Shown piece by piece: positions 36,340 to 45,042 of a DNA stretch of 64,000 nucleotides. Source of the stretch: an uncultured Oscillospiraceae bacterium. Its GTDB lineage: Bacteria > Bacillota > Clostridia > Oscillospirales > Oscillospiraceae. Numbering within the stretch: position 1 is the stretch's first letter; every line of letters begins with the position of its first letter. The notes under the pieces were generated by a model. It was not told the DNA's origin. It ran no database searches and saw only the letters and a program-made list of their open reading frames with translations. The DNA lies in the NCBI GenBank assembly GCA_904419145.1, contig CAJFQQ010000007.1:481-64480 (forward strand), given 5' to 3'. The translations under genes were made by a program, and so were the position numbers.

Positions 36340-37131
36340 ATGAAACGAAAGCTGTTTGCTGCTGTGCTGGTGCTGGCGCTGCTTGTGTCAGGCTATACCC
36401 TCTATGCCTATCTCTCTACTCGGGGGCTGCGGGTCTATCTTATGGGCACACAGATGGGGGCTGTCCTGGCCGGGAGCTGGCAATTCACCTTCCTGGCAGC
36501 TGTAGTGCTGTGGAGCCCGGGCGTTGTGGCGCTGGTCCGGAAGGCGGCCGGGCTGCGGGGGCGCAAGATGGCTCCCGGGCAGGCTGAGGACGCTACAGAA
36601 ATCTTGCAGCAGGGGGGGATGGAGGCAACAGAGCGCCTCGAACCGCGAAAAGGGGAGGCGGATGCTGCTGGAAACCGGGGCATACGGAAACGCAAAAAGG
36701 CAGCGCAGGCGCTGCGTGAAACTGCTGCAGCGACAGAGCCGGATGGAGGGAGCAATGGCCCCCTGGCGCCCACAGAGCTGTTGGAGCCGCGGCGCGGCAG
36801 TGTGGAGGCGACAGAGATTTTGGAGCCTGATGGGGATGGAGAGCTCCCGCTGACGCCGCCGGGAACGGCAGGTACGCCTTCGGAATCTGAAAAGGGATCC
36901 GACATGTCGGAAATTGGTGCGGCAACAGAGCTGATGGAGGAGCCGCCTGCGCGGGAACCTATGCCCGAGGAGAAGGGGGAAGCCATACCATTCCCCGCCG
37001 GCCAGGTCTATCAGGGGGAGAAAATAACGGCCGCCCCGCCCCGGCCGACGGCTCCGCGGCTCTGCCCCCACTGCGGGCACCCGGTTACGGGAAGGTTCTG
37101 TGCCAAATGCGGTGCAAAAGTGGGTGAATAA
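36340..37131 (+). CDS. 2-TM protein with cytoplasmic (A/P)TExLEP repeats and C-terminal zinc ribbon
   Basis: Start taken at ATG 36340 (GGGAGA SD). The MKRK N-terminus is followed by two hydrophobic segments and a repeat region. C-terminal zinc ribbon CPHCGHPVTGRFCAKCGAKV. Confidence 0.65.
   Translation: MKRKLFAAVLVLALLVSGYTLYAYLSTRGLRVYLMGTQMGAVLAGSWQFTFLAAVVLWSPGVVALVRKAAGLRGRKMAPGQAEDATEILQQGGMEATERLEPRKGEADAAGNRGIRKRKKAAQALRETAAATEPDGGSNGPLAPTELLEPRRGSVEATEILEPDGDGELPLTPPGTAGTPSESEKGSDMSEIGAATELMEEPPAREPMPEEKGEAIPFPAGQVYQGEKITAAPPRPTAPRLCPHCGHPVTGRFCAKCGAKVGE
36592..36945 (+). repeat. intragenic degenerate repeats encoding (A/P)-T-E-x-L/M-E-P
   Basis: DATEILQQ, EATERLEP, AATEPDGG, APTELLEP, EATEILEP and AATELMEE. 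The nucleotide core is ACAGAG-N4/5-TGGAGCC. Confidence 0.7.
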
Positions 37132-37137
37132 GGAGGG

Positions 37138-39936
37138 ATGGCCATGATTATAGCAGCTGTGGCGGCGGCTGCCGGCTTACTGGGATGTGTACTGGCAGTG
37201 CTGCTGCTTTGGAAAAAGAAACTGTCCAAAACATGGGGGATTTCTCTGCTGGCCTGTGCTTTGGTTATAGCTGGCGCAGGAGGGATCGGGGTTGTCCGAC
37301 AGATTCAGAACCGGGCAGAGGAATACGGAAACATTTATTTGGCCCTGTGCTATCTGGAGCGAGGGCAGACAGACCCTGCCGCACTGTATTTAAAGCGGGT
37401 AACCAATCAAACAGGGTACCATTTAACTGCGGCACAGACGCTGCTGGAGCAGATGCGGGGCAATAACACGGTAGCCAAGCTGCGGCTGGATGTGCTGGAA
37501 CATATCCAGGATGGCAGTGAGGATCAAAGCGGCGGGATCGAGCGGCTGCGCAGCTGGCAGCAGATGGATGACGGCCTACGGATCGTGACAACAGCTCTGC
37601 AGGAACAACTGCCGCTGTCCAGCGGCCGGCGGGAAGAATTGGACCGCTTGTTTTCCCTGGAGACGGGCGGCTGGTACGAAGATGCCCCTGAAGATCTGTC
37701 CGATGCCCTGCTGCTGCAGATCAATCAGGCTCTAGGCGCAGAGGACTGGTATAGTGCGCTGAACGGAGCTGTCCAGCTCGTGTGGGAGGATGCATCCGTC
37801 TCCAATCGCCTGTTGCTGGCGGAAGTCATTGCAGATGTGACATATAGCGGCATGTCCCTCAGTACGGCAGAGTTTTCTGCCGGAGAGCCGTCCGACACCG
37901 ACACCCAGGCCCGGGAGTCCGAGAAGCTGATGGAGCAGTATGCTGATTTGATGGATGAGCTGGCGGTGCTGGAGCAGAAGATGACAGCGGCGGGTGAGGA
38001 GGAACAGGCGGAGCTGGCGGAACAGAGCGCCGCCCTGACGGAGGAGGCAGAGGAGGCCCAGCGCCGGGCGGAGAATATTTTTGCCCTGCGGGCGCTGAAC
38101 TCTATTGCTGATATCCACTCCCTTGAGGCGCAGGTGGTGCGGGCCCGCTTGTACTACGCCATGCGCAGCTATCAGGAGGCGGTGGATACCCTCCGCGGCG
38201 CGGCAGCGTCCGTTCAGGCTGTGCTGTCCGGGAATCAATCCCTTGTAAGTGGGCTGCAGCTTGTGAATCAGATCTATGAGACGGAGGGCGAGGCTGGGGT
38301 CGATACCCCGGAATTCCGGGAGGAGTTGCAGGTCCTGTTTGGCAGTGTGCACCCCAATTTGATTTATCTTGGCCTCACCCCATTAGCCACAGATTTTGCT
38401 GAGCGGATTATCAGCGATCAAAAGACTTACGGCGCGGGATTGTACATTGTGAATTTGGACGCCAGCCAGTACCCACAGGTCCGGGTGCGCCTGGGCGGAC
38501 AGGCAGCGGTTGTGGAGTCCATTGTGAATAGAGATCTGGTTGTGGTAAAAGACACCCGGGAAGTGGTAGATACCTATGAGGTGAGCACGGATACCACCTC
38601 CGAGAGCCTGAACAGCATTTGCTTTGTAGTGGATACCAGCGGAAGCATGAATGGCTATCCCATTGAGGACGCCAAAGAAGCGCTGGACCAGTTCCTTGGC
38701 GATCTGACGGGAAACGCGGAGCTGGCACTGGTCAAATTTGAATCCGGGGCGGAGACATTGGTGGGCATGACGGCCAGCGTGAGTGCCCTTAAAACAGCGG
38801 TCGGCAGCCTGGCCGCCGGCGGCGGCACAGATATCACCGCCGGTATCCAAGAAGGAACTGCAGCTCTGGACAGCGCCAGCGGCGCCCGCACCATGATTGT
38901 GATGACAGATGGTCAGAGCGATGTGGACTTGAGCGTAGTGCAGGCTGCAGCGGATCAGGGGATTACTATTTTTACGATAGGGTTCGGCGATGTAAATGAT
39001 GATCTGCTCCAGACCATTGCAGACATGAGCGGCGGGCAGTATCTTCGGGCTGATTCTTCCACGGAGCTGATGAACGTCTACAGCAGCCTTCAGGGGATTA
39101 TCGGGAATACGGTTACCTTGACATACACGGTGGAGGACACGGCGGAAGAAGAACGATACTTTTTCCTGATGGACGAGAATCGCAATCTGAGCGTGCGCAG
39201 GGAATACTATGTGGGAGAGGAGGAGTGGATCACAGAGGAACCGGCAGTAGCGCTGACCAGTGTCCCAGTGATGACGACGCGCACCTATTTGGACCGCCTC
39301 GCCCAACAGCAGGATGGTACCTTCCGCGCCTCCTACAGCGGCATGGGGCTGGATACTGTGGCATCGGCCTATGTGGGGGATCAGGCCTGCATCATTGCCG
39401 GACAGAGTGAAAGTTCCCTGCAGCTGGATGTATCGGCGCAGCTTCCCAACGGCATGTATGAAATTCGGCTGGAAACCCAGGATGGCATTGTATACAGCTT
39501 TCCGAATATGTTGGTCATCGGCGACCAATTGAACTGCCGTAACTACCGGGCAGGCAGCCTGCAGATCTCCACCGCCCAGGCGCTGTGGCTGGACAACACC
39601 CTTGTACTGGGGAACCGCTTGGAGATGAGGGAGCTGCCGGCCGATGACGGGACAGTCAACACGCTGGATCTCCAGTTGGACGGTGTGCTGGTGTTCCCGG
39701 GGGACAGCCTTCCGGCAGGGGTGATCGGAGCGGATGGGACGGTCCAACAGGATCTGCCGGATCAGATTGATCTGGGCGGCACCGGATCCAGTCAGGGACG
39801 CGGAACCCTACGGATCAACCGGGGGGATAAAGCGTATGCGGATTCGGTTGATACCATAATCCTGAGGGATGCGATTTTGCTGGAGTATGACACAGAAAAT
39901 AGCCGGTTTGTTGCCGGAGAGGAGGTGGCACAATGA
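37138..39936 (+). CDS. large membrane-anchored vWA-domain protein
   Basis: 932 aa. Two N-terminal TM segments and a long helical region. The vWA domain has an intact MIDAS (FVVDTSGSMNG...GGGTDI...VMTDGQSD). The C-terminus is beta-rich. Confidence 0.8.
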   Translation: MAMIIAAVAAAAGLLGCVLAVLLLWKKKLSKTWGISLLACALVIAGAGGIGVVRQIQNRAEEYGNIYLALCYLERGQTDPAALYLKRVTNQTGYHLTAAQTLLEQMRGNNTVAKLRLDVLEHIQDGSEDQSGGIERLRSWQQMDDGLRIVTTALQEQLPLSSGRREELDRLFSLETGGWYEDAPEDLSDALLLQINQALGAEDWYSALNGAVQLVWEDASVSNRLLLAEVIADVTYSGMSLSTAEFSAGEPSDTDTQARESEKLMEQYADLMDELAVLEQKMTAAGEEEQAELAEQSAALTEEAEEAQRRAENIFALRALNSIADIHSLEAQVVRARLYYAMRSYQEAVDTLRGAAASVQAVLSGNQSLVSGLQLVNQIYETEGEAGVDTPEFREELQVLFGSVHPNLIYLGLTPLATDFAERIISDQKTYGAGLYIVNLDASQYPQVRVRLGGQAAVVESIVNRDLVVVKDTREVVDTYEVSTDTTSESLNSICFVVDTSGSMNGYPIEDAKEALDQFLGDLTGNAELALVKFESGAETLVGMTASVSALKTAVGSLAAGGGTDITAGIQEGTAALDSASGARTMIVMTDGQSDVDLSVVQAAADQGITIFTIGFGDVNDDLLQTIADMSGGQYLRADSSTELMNVYSSLQGIIGNTVTLTYTVEDTAEEERYFFLMDENRNLSVRREYYVGEEEWITEEPAVALTSVPVMTTRTYLDRLAQQQDGTFRASYSGMGLDTVASAYVGDQACIIAGQSESSLQLDVSAQLPNGMYEIRLETQDGIVYSFPNMLVIGDQLNCRNYRAGSLQISTAQALWLDNTLVLGNRLEMRELPADDGTVNTLDLQLDGVLVFPGDSLPAGVIGADGTVQQDLPDQIDLGGTGSSQGRGTLRINRGDKAYADSVDTIILRDAILLEYDTENSRFVAGEEVAQ

Positions 39937-41267
39937 AGCTGCGGATCAAAAAACTGCCGATTCTGCTGCCGCTCCTCCTGGTGGCTGTGGCTTTGATTGC
40001 TGCAGCGGTAATGGCCCGCCTGAGCTGGGACAGTGCGGCAGCTCACACGGATTTGGGACAGAAATATCTGAATGATATGGATTATACCGGCGCTGTCACA
40101 GAGTTTTTGCAGAGCCTGTCCATGGATCCCACCGACCAGGAGGCCCGGTTGGGATTGGCGGAGGCATACGCGGCCTCCGGCAGCGCGGAAATAGTGCCGG
40201 AAATCCTGGAACCGCTTACTGAGGCCCAGTCTCCAGAGGCCTGCCGCCTGCTGATCGAAAGCCTGCGGGGCAGTGATTTGCACCGGGCACTGCTGGTGGC
40301 GCAGGAGCTGGCAGAGCACACAGACAGTGATGAGGATTATGCGCTCCGTGATGAGCTGCTGGGACAGGTATTGCTGGAGGCTCATACCTATGCGGTAGGC
40401 GAGGATCAGCGGCTCATGGTGGATGAGGGGGCGGTCCTCTCCTCTGGCAGCAATACATTTGGCCAGCTGGGAACCGGGCAGGGGCTCGCAACAGAGGCTG
40501 TGCAGGATGGATTTCAGTCCGCTCAGTTTTCTGGGCAGGCAGCCCGTGTCTATTGTGCGGGCCGTACCAGCTATGTGGTGGATCAGAGCGGCAATCTCTG
40601 GGCAGCTGGGGAGAACCGCTGGGGGCAGCTTGGAATGGACTATGCCTCAGCAGACCCCCAGAGTGGGTGGTTTCAAATTGTGGACAGCGGCGATGTGGCT
40701 GCGGTGGCAGGAACAGTCGGGATGCTGTATGTGCTGAAAACGGATGGCAGCCTCTGGTATGCCGGCCAGGGCGGTGTTATGGAGCTTCGGCAGATCCGGG
40801 ATTTTGGAGAGGTTGCCGCAGTGGAGTCCGGAGAGCGGCAGACGGCGGTCCTGACAGCCGACGGCCTGCTCTATGTGAGTGATACTGAGGATCCGCTGCG
40901 CTGGACACGGCAGGCGAGCGGGGTAAAGCTTTTCTGCTTTGGCGGCAGCGGACTGGTCTGGGTGACCGCAGAAAATCAGATCGGTTTTTCGTCGTCTGTA
41001 CCGCAGCTGCCGGATACATGGGTGCAGAATGGCGGAAGTACCACTCCGGATTTTGCGGTCTGTGATATCGCTGCTGATTCTGACGGGCTCCTTCTGCTGG
41101 ATGCCGCTGGGCAGCTGCATCGGGTCTATAATGGCCAAGTGGCGGAAGTGGATGGCCTGACAGCGGTTAATATCTACTCCACCGGCGGCACGGTAGTTGT
41201 GGAGCAGGAGGGCGGCGGAGCGATGCTTTGGACGCTCAGCGCTCCGACGCCCACGGCTGCAGCGTGA
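39933..41267 (+). CDS. signal-anchored TPR + RCC1-repeat (beta-propeller) protein
   Basis: 444 aa. ATGA overlap with the upstream gene. N-terminal anchor LPILLPLLLVAVALIAAAV. RCC1-like repeats GSNTFGQLGTG and GENRWGQLGMD. Confidence 0.75.
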   Translation: MKLRIKKLPILLPLLLVAVALIAAAVMARLSWDSAAAHTDLGQKYLNDMDYTGAVTEFLQSLSMDPTDQEARLGLAEAYAASGSAEIVPEILEPLTEAQSPEACRLLIESLRGSDLHRALLVAQELAEHTDSDEDYALRDELLGQVLLEAHTYAVGEDQRLMVDEGAVLSSGSNTFGQLGTGQGLATEAVQDGFQSAQFSGQAARVYCAGRTSYVVDQSGNLWAAGENRWGQLGMDYASADPQSGWFQIVDSGDVAAVAGTVGMLYVLKTDGSLWYAGQGGVMELRQIRDFGEVAAVESGERQTAVLTADGLLYVSDTEDPLRWTRQASGVKLFCFGGSGLVWVTAENQIGFSSSVPQLPDTWVQNGGSTTPDFAVCDIAADSDGLLLLDAAGQLHRVYNGQVAEVDGLTAVNIYSTGGTVVVEQEGGGAMLWTLSAPTPTAAA

Positions 41268-41325
41268 GGCGGCATGAACACACCATTCATCCTGTGGCGG
41301 TGTTCTGCCTGTCCCGGTTGAGGAA

Positions 41326-41376
41326 ATCCCCCAAAGCGGCGCGCTGACTCTGCGCCGCTTTGGGGGATATTTTTAT
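41326..41376 (+). terminator. strong intrinsic terminator
   Basis: 17-bp perfect stem ATCCCCCAAAGCGGCGC / GCGCCGCTTTGGGGGAT followed by ATTTTTAT. Confidence 0.85.
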
Positions 41377-41416
41377 CAAAATGCCCGGTAATCGGAGCGG
41401 GGTATCCTTTTGGTCA

Positions 41417-41445
41417 TTGACAATTATAGCCCTTTTTCCTATAAT
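41417..41445 (+). promoter_or_regulatory. perfect sigma-70 consensus promoter TTGACA-17-TATAAT
   Basis: Hexamers at 41417-41422 and 41440-41445, followed by a roughly 190-nt leader before the first T7SS-unit gene. Confidence 0.65.
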
Positions 41446-41633
41446 TTTTAGTGAAAGATACAAAAGAAACAGGGGGCGGGGCCACCTTGGCGTTGAGCAA
41501 AGGGGAGAAGCCTTGGATGTTGGAACCATTTGTCAGCTTTCAGGCGCCGTTCGTCGCATCTCCCAGCACAGGCAGTTCCTGACGGATATGATGGTGTCAG
41601 CTGAAAGCAAGAAAAACCACTTCGGAGGTTGAC

Positions 41634-42938
41634 ATGGCAAAGATACAGATTGAGCCGGTGAGGGCAAAGAGCGCGTTGAACCTGGAGGATGCGCTGGAAC
41701 AGGCGCTGCGTTCCATGTCCAATGAGGTGGATGGGGTTCGAAGCGGCCTGCGTTATAAAATTTCAGGCCAGGAGCAGATTGCGGCGCGCCTCAAAGACGT
41801 GGTGGAGCAGTTGGCCAAGGAGGCAAACGCCACTGGCGCTATGCGGGACGGGCTGGAGCAGATCATTGCGCGGTATGAGCAGGCCGAGAGCAGCAACCGG
41901 GAGCGCACCGTGGCAGATGGGACCACCATACAGCAGGGCGCAGATGGCAGCAGCGGGGCGGGAACGGGGACGGATATCTGGGATCGCTTCAAGGAGGCAT
42001 TGGAAGTCCTGCTCGATCCCGAAGAGGCCGGCCGTTTGCCCGGGCCCATCAGTGCTGCTGTACCGTGGCTCATACAGCCGTTCTACCAGTTCACCGAAAA
42101 TGACGGGGAAGCGGACAATCCCTGGTTCAAAATAAAGGGAGAACTCGACAACAAGCACGAGGGCGAGGGAGAGCTCTGGGACTATGAAAAAAAGAAAGAT
42201 GTCGAAGATTTTCCCTATCAGAAGCACTACTATAAGGATGTGGAAACCGGCGAGATTATAGAGGTGGATCCCAATGGGAAAGAGGACATGGAAGCCCTTA
42301 AGAAGCACAGCAAGGGCACAATCCCCGTTGATCTGACCGTAGCAGGGATCGGCGTCTCCGGCAGTGCAGCGATTTTTGACAATGATTTTGGCGGGAAATA
42401 CGATTGGGGCGGACATGAAGGGAATGTCTCGGTTGGAAAGATCGAGGGCCATGCGGATGCTTACCTGGGCGCGCTGGCCATAGGCGCTGAGGTCGGCGCC
42501 AGTATCACAGCGTTTTCTGCCAAAGAAAAAGCATACTTGGGGACAGAAGACTTCAACCTTTATGGGGAAGCCAGCGTGACAGCAGGCCGGGCCGAGGCAA
42601 AGGCCGGTGCCAGTGCAGGGCTTTTGGATAAGGAGGGGAATTTTAATCCAAGCGCATATGTCGGCGCCTCGGCAGAGGCGATTGCTGGCGAGATTACCGG
42701 AAAGGCCGGTGTGGATATTGCCGGCGTAGATGTAGGCGTGGAGGGGAGCCTGAACGTTGGCGTAGGCGCCCACGCCAACGTGGGGCTGCATGACGGCAAG
42801 CTCAGTGTGGACATTGGCGCTTCACTGGGGGTCGGCGCCAGCATCAAGCTGGAAGTAGATGTGTCAGGTGCAATTGATGCTATGGCGGATACAGCGGACG
42901 CCATCTGGTCCGGCGTTACAAATTTGTTCAACTGGTAA
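41634..42938 (+). CDS. putative T7SS substrate/effector: N-terminal WXG100-like helical hairpin with YxxxE, C-terminal Gly/Ala-rich repeat domain
   Basis: 434 aa. The first about 90 aa are helical and end in ARYEQAES. The C-terminal 150 aa contain repeated (V/I)GAS and GxxxG-type segments (KAGASAGLL, YVGASAEAIAGEITGKAG, GVGAHANVG, DIGASLGVGASIKLE). It is followed by DUF4176 genes. Confidence 0.55.
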   Translation: MAKIQIEPVRAKSALNLEDALEQALRSMSNEVDGVRSGLRYKISGQEQIAARLKDVVEQLAKEANATGAMRDGLEQIIARYEQAESSNRERTVADGTTIQQGADGSSGAGTGTDIWDRFKEALEVLLDPEEAGRLPGPISAAVPWLIQPFYQFTENDGEADNPWFKIKGELDNKHEGEGELWDYEKKKDVEDFPYQKHYYKDVETGEIIEVDPNGKEDMEALKKHSKGTIPVDLTVAGIGVSGSAAIFDNDFGGKYDWGGHEGNVSVGKIEGHADAYLGALAIGAEVGASITAFSAKEKAYLGTEDFNLYGEASVTAGRAEAKAGASAGLLDKEGNFNPSAYVGASAEAIAGEITGKAGVDIAGVDVGVEGSLNVGVGAHANVGLHDGKLSVDIGASLGVGASIKLEVDVSGAIDAMADTADAIWSGVTNLFNW

Positions 42939-42972
42939 TTACAGAGCGAAATCAATAAGGGGTGTTTGAGCT

Positions 42973-43332
42973 ATGGATAAAGAGCTATTACCGATTGGCA
43001 GCGTGGTGCAGCTGGAAAATTCCACCGCATTGGTGATGGTGGCAGGGTATCTTCCTGTCGCGCCGTCCCGCCCGGATTATATCTGGGATTATTCCGGGTT
43101 TCGTTTCCCGATTGGGTTTACAGACAATGACGCTGTATACTGCTTTGACCACAGGCAGATCCAGGTGGTGTACGCCTATGGATACAAGGATATCGAAGAA
43201 GACATCTTTATGGGCAAGCTGATGGGCGCCCAGGGACGTGTGGCAGATATGGTGAAGTCCGGACAAGCGGGGCCGGCGGCGCACCGGGCGGAGAGAGCGG
43301 CAGCTCCTCAAAAATCTGACAAGGAGGCCTGA
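42973..43332 (+). CDS. DUF4176 family protein
   Basis: LLPIGSVVQLENSTALVMVAGY...WDYSGFRFPIG...FDHRQI matches my memory of the DUF4176 pattern. This family is commonly linked to T7SSb loci. Confidence 0.7.
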   Translation: MDKELLPIGSVVQLENSTALVMVAGYLPVAPSRPDYIWDYSGFRFPIGFTDNDAVYCFDHRQIQVVYAYGYKDIEEDIFMGKLMGAQGRVADMVKSGQAGPAAHRAERAAAPQKSDKEA

Positions 43333-43334
43333 GC

Positions 43335-43625
43335 ATGTATTCCTATGACAAGGTTTTGCCCATCGGATCGGTGGTGCTGTTGAAAAACGCCAACAAGCGG
43401 CTCATGATTATTGGGTATCAGAGAAAAAAAGCTGATGGGGACGACAAAATTTATGACTACTGCGGCTGCCTGTATCCAGAGGGGTATACCAGCCCCAAGG
43501 ACACAGCCATTTTTGACCACGAGCAGATTGAGCGTATCATTTCCATTGGGCTTCAAAATGCAGCGCAGATCGAGTTCTCTGAAAAGCTGAAGGGGATCAT
43601 CGCGCAGAGAGAGGGCAAGCAATGA
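43335..43625 (+). CDS. DUF4176 family protein
   Basis: VLPIGSVVLLKNANKRLMIIGYQ...YDYCGCLYPEG...FDHEQIERI. AAGGAGG SD. Confidence 0.8.
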   Translation: MYSYDKVLPIGSVVLLKNANKRLMIIGYQRKKADGDDKIYDYCGCLYPEGYTSPKDTAIFDHEQIERIISIGLQNAAQIEFSEKLKGIIAQREGKQ

Positions 43626-44140
43626 GCCGCTGGGATGCAGGCAGCAAAGTTTTCCTGCTGTGCGGATGCATCTTTGTAACCGTAGGGGTGATCTTTCTGT
43701 GCGCATGCGCTTTGATGCTGACCCAGATAGATACGCTGGCCCTGGACCGACAGAACGACGCACGGTTCCTCCCGGTGATTTTCGGCGCGCTCGGGGGACT
43801 GATGGCGGCCATCGGGGGCGCACTGCTGGTGTGGCTGCGCCGCAAAAGAAAGAGGACGGAGCGTTTGCTGGAGCGGGGGGAATATGTAATCGCAAAGATT
43901 ACCGGCTTCCCTGTGGACTACCAGGTGACGATCAACGGTCGGCCCACCTATCGGGTGGAGTGCAGCTATCAAGACCCGGTGACGGGGATTCTCCATGTGT
44001 TTGAGAGTAAAAGGCTGCTGATTGACCCGGCCTACTGCGTGACGGCGGAGACCGTGCGCGTCTATGTAAACAGGGAGGCCGGATACCAGGACTACTATGT
44101 AGATGTGGATCCCATCCTGCCTCGTGTGGAGCGGCACTGA
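43622..44140 (+). CDS. DUF3592-like 2-TM membrane protein (candidate immunity protein)
   Basis: 172 aa. ATGA overlap with the upstream gene. Two TM segments followed by a beta-rich domain (GEYVIAKITGFPVDYQVTINGRPTYRVECSYQDP). Confidence 0.6.
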   Translation: MSRWDAGSKVFLLCGCIFVTVGVIFLCACALMLTQIDTLALDRQNDARFLPVIFGALGGLMAAIGGALLVWLRRKRKRTERLLERGEYVIAKITGFPVDYQVTINGRPTYRVECSYQDPVTGILHVFESKRLLIDPAYCVTAETVRVYVNREAGYQDYYVDVDPILPRVERH

Positions 44141-44323
44141 GCGATTCCCGGGCAGTAAAGGCAGATTATAGCGGACGGATGCAGTTCATCCCCATTGAAA
44201 TGACATTCGTCAGGAAAGACAGCCTTCCGGCCCGGCCTGTGTTAAGATGAAAGCACAACAAGGGAATACAAAATACTTGAGATACCAATTCCATTCAAAC
44301 TATCAAACAGGAGGAAGAGAACA

Positions 44324-44620
44324 ATGGCAGAGATCAAGGTAACCCCTCAGCAGCTGAAGGACAAGGCGACAGATCTGGAGAGCTACAACCGGAAATTCCG
44401 GGCCGAAGTAGAAAAAATGGTGGGCTATGAGCAGCAGCTGGCCAGTATGTGGGAAGGCGATGCGCAGAAGGCGTTCCGCAAGGCGTTCAATGATGACAAG
44501 CTCAAGATGGAGCAGTTCGCGCTGAATATTGATAAATATGTCCTGGCCCTGCGGGAAGACGCGCAGCGGTACGAGACGGCGGAAAACACAGCCACCAGCA
44601 TTGCCACTACCAGAAAGTAA
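44324..44620 (+). CDS. WXG100 family protein (Esx-like, W-E-G)
   Basis: 98 aa. MAEIKVTPQQL..., central SMWEGDAQKAF, C-terminal RYETAEN. GGAGGA SD. Confidence 0.85.
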   Translation: MAEIKVTPQQLKDKATDLESYNRKFRAEVEKMVGYEQQLASMWEGDAQKAFRKAFNDDKLKMEQFALNIDKYVLALREDAQRYETAENTATSIATTRK

Positions 44621-44695
44621 GCAGAGACAGGCCCCATTCGAGAAATCAGACCTGCCGCACAGCAGCAGGATACCGTTAAAAAGGAGAAGAATACG

Positions 44696-45010
44696 ATGAC
44701 TGGTAATTTGAGAGTAACACCTGAGAAATTGATCTCCACGGCCACCCAATTTTCCCAGAGCGACAACACAGTAAATACCCTGACCAACCAGATGATGGAT
44801 ATTGTCAATCAGCTGAACTCCACCTGGGCCGGCGAGGCAGCTACCGGCTTCTATACCAAGCTCAAAGGCCTTCAGGGGGATATGCAGAAGCTCCACAAGA
44901 TGATTCAGGAGCACACCACAGATCTGAACGATATGGCGAAGACGTATCAGCAGGCCGAAAAGGAAAACGTCCAGACGGCGAGTGCGCTTAAGACCAACGA
45001 GATTGTCTGA
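44696..45010 (+). CDS. WXG100 family protein (Esx-like, W-A-G)
   Basis: 104 aa. LRVTPEKL..., STWAGEAATGF, TYQQAEKEN, ends ALKTNEIV. Confidence 0.85.
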   Translation: MTGNLRVTPEKLISTATQFSQSDNTVNTLTNQMMDIVNQLNSTWAGEAATGFYTKLKGLQGDMQKLHKMIQEHTTDLNDMAKTYQQAEKENVQTASALKTNEIV

Positions 45011-45042
45011 GACCAACGGCGCCAGTGCTTGGAAAAGCGGCC

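Noticed and set aside
44141-44323. Looked for an internal promoter upstream of the first esx pair (TGTTAAGAT extended -10-like element near 44238).
   Set aside because: Only 4 of 6 positions match the -10 consensus, and no acceptable -35 lies at proper spacing. This is not strong enough to annotate. An internal promoter remains possible and would need TSS mapping.
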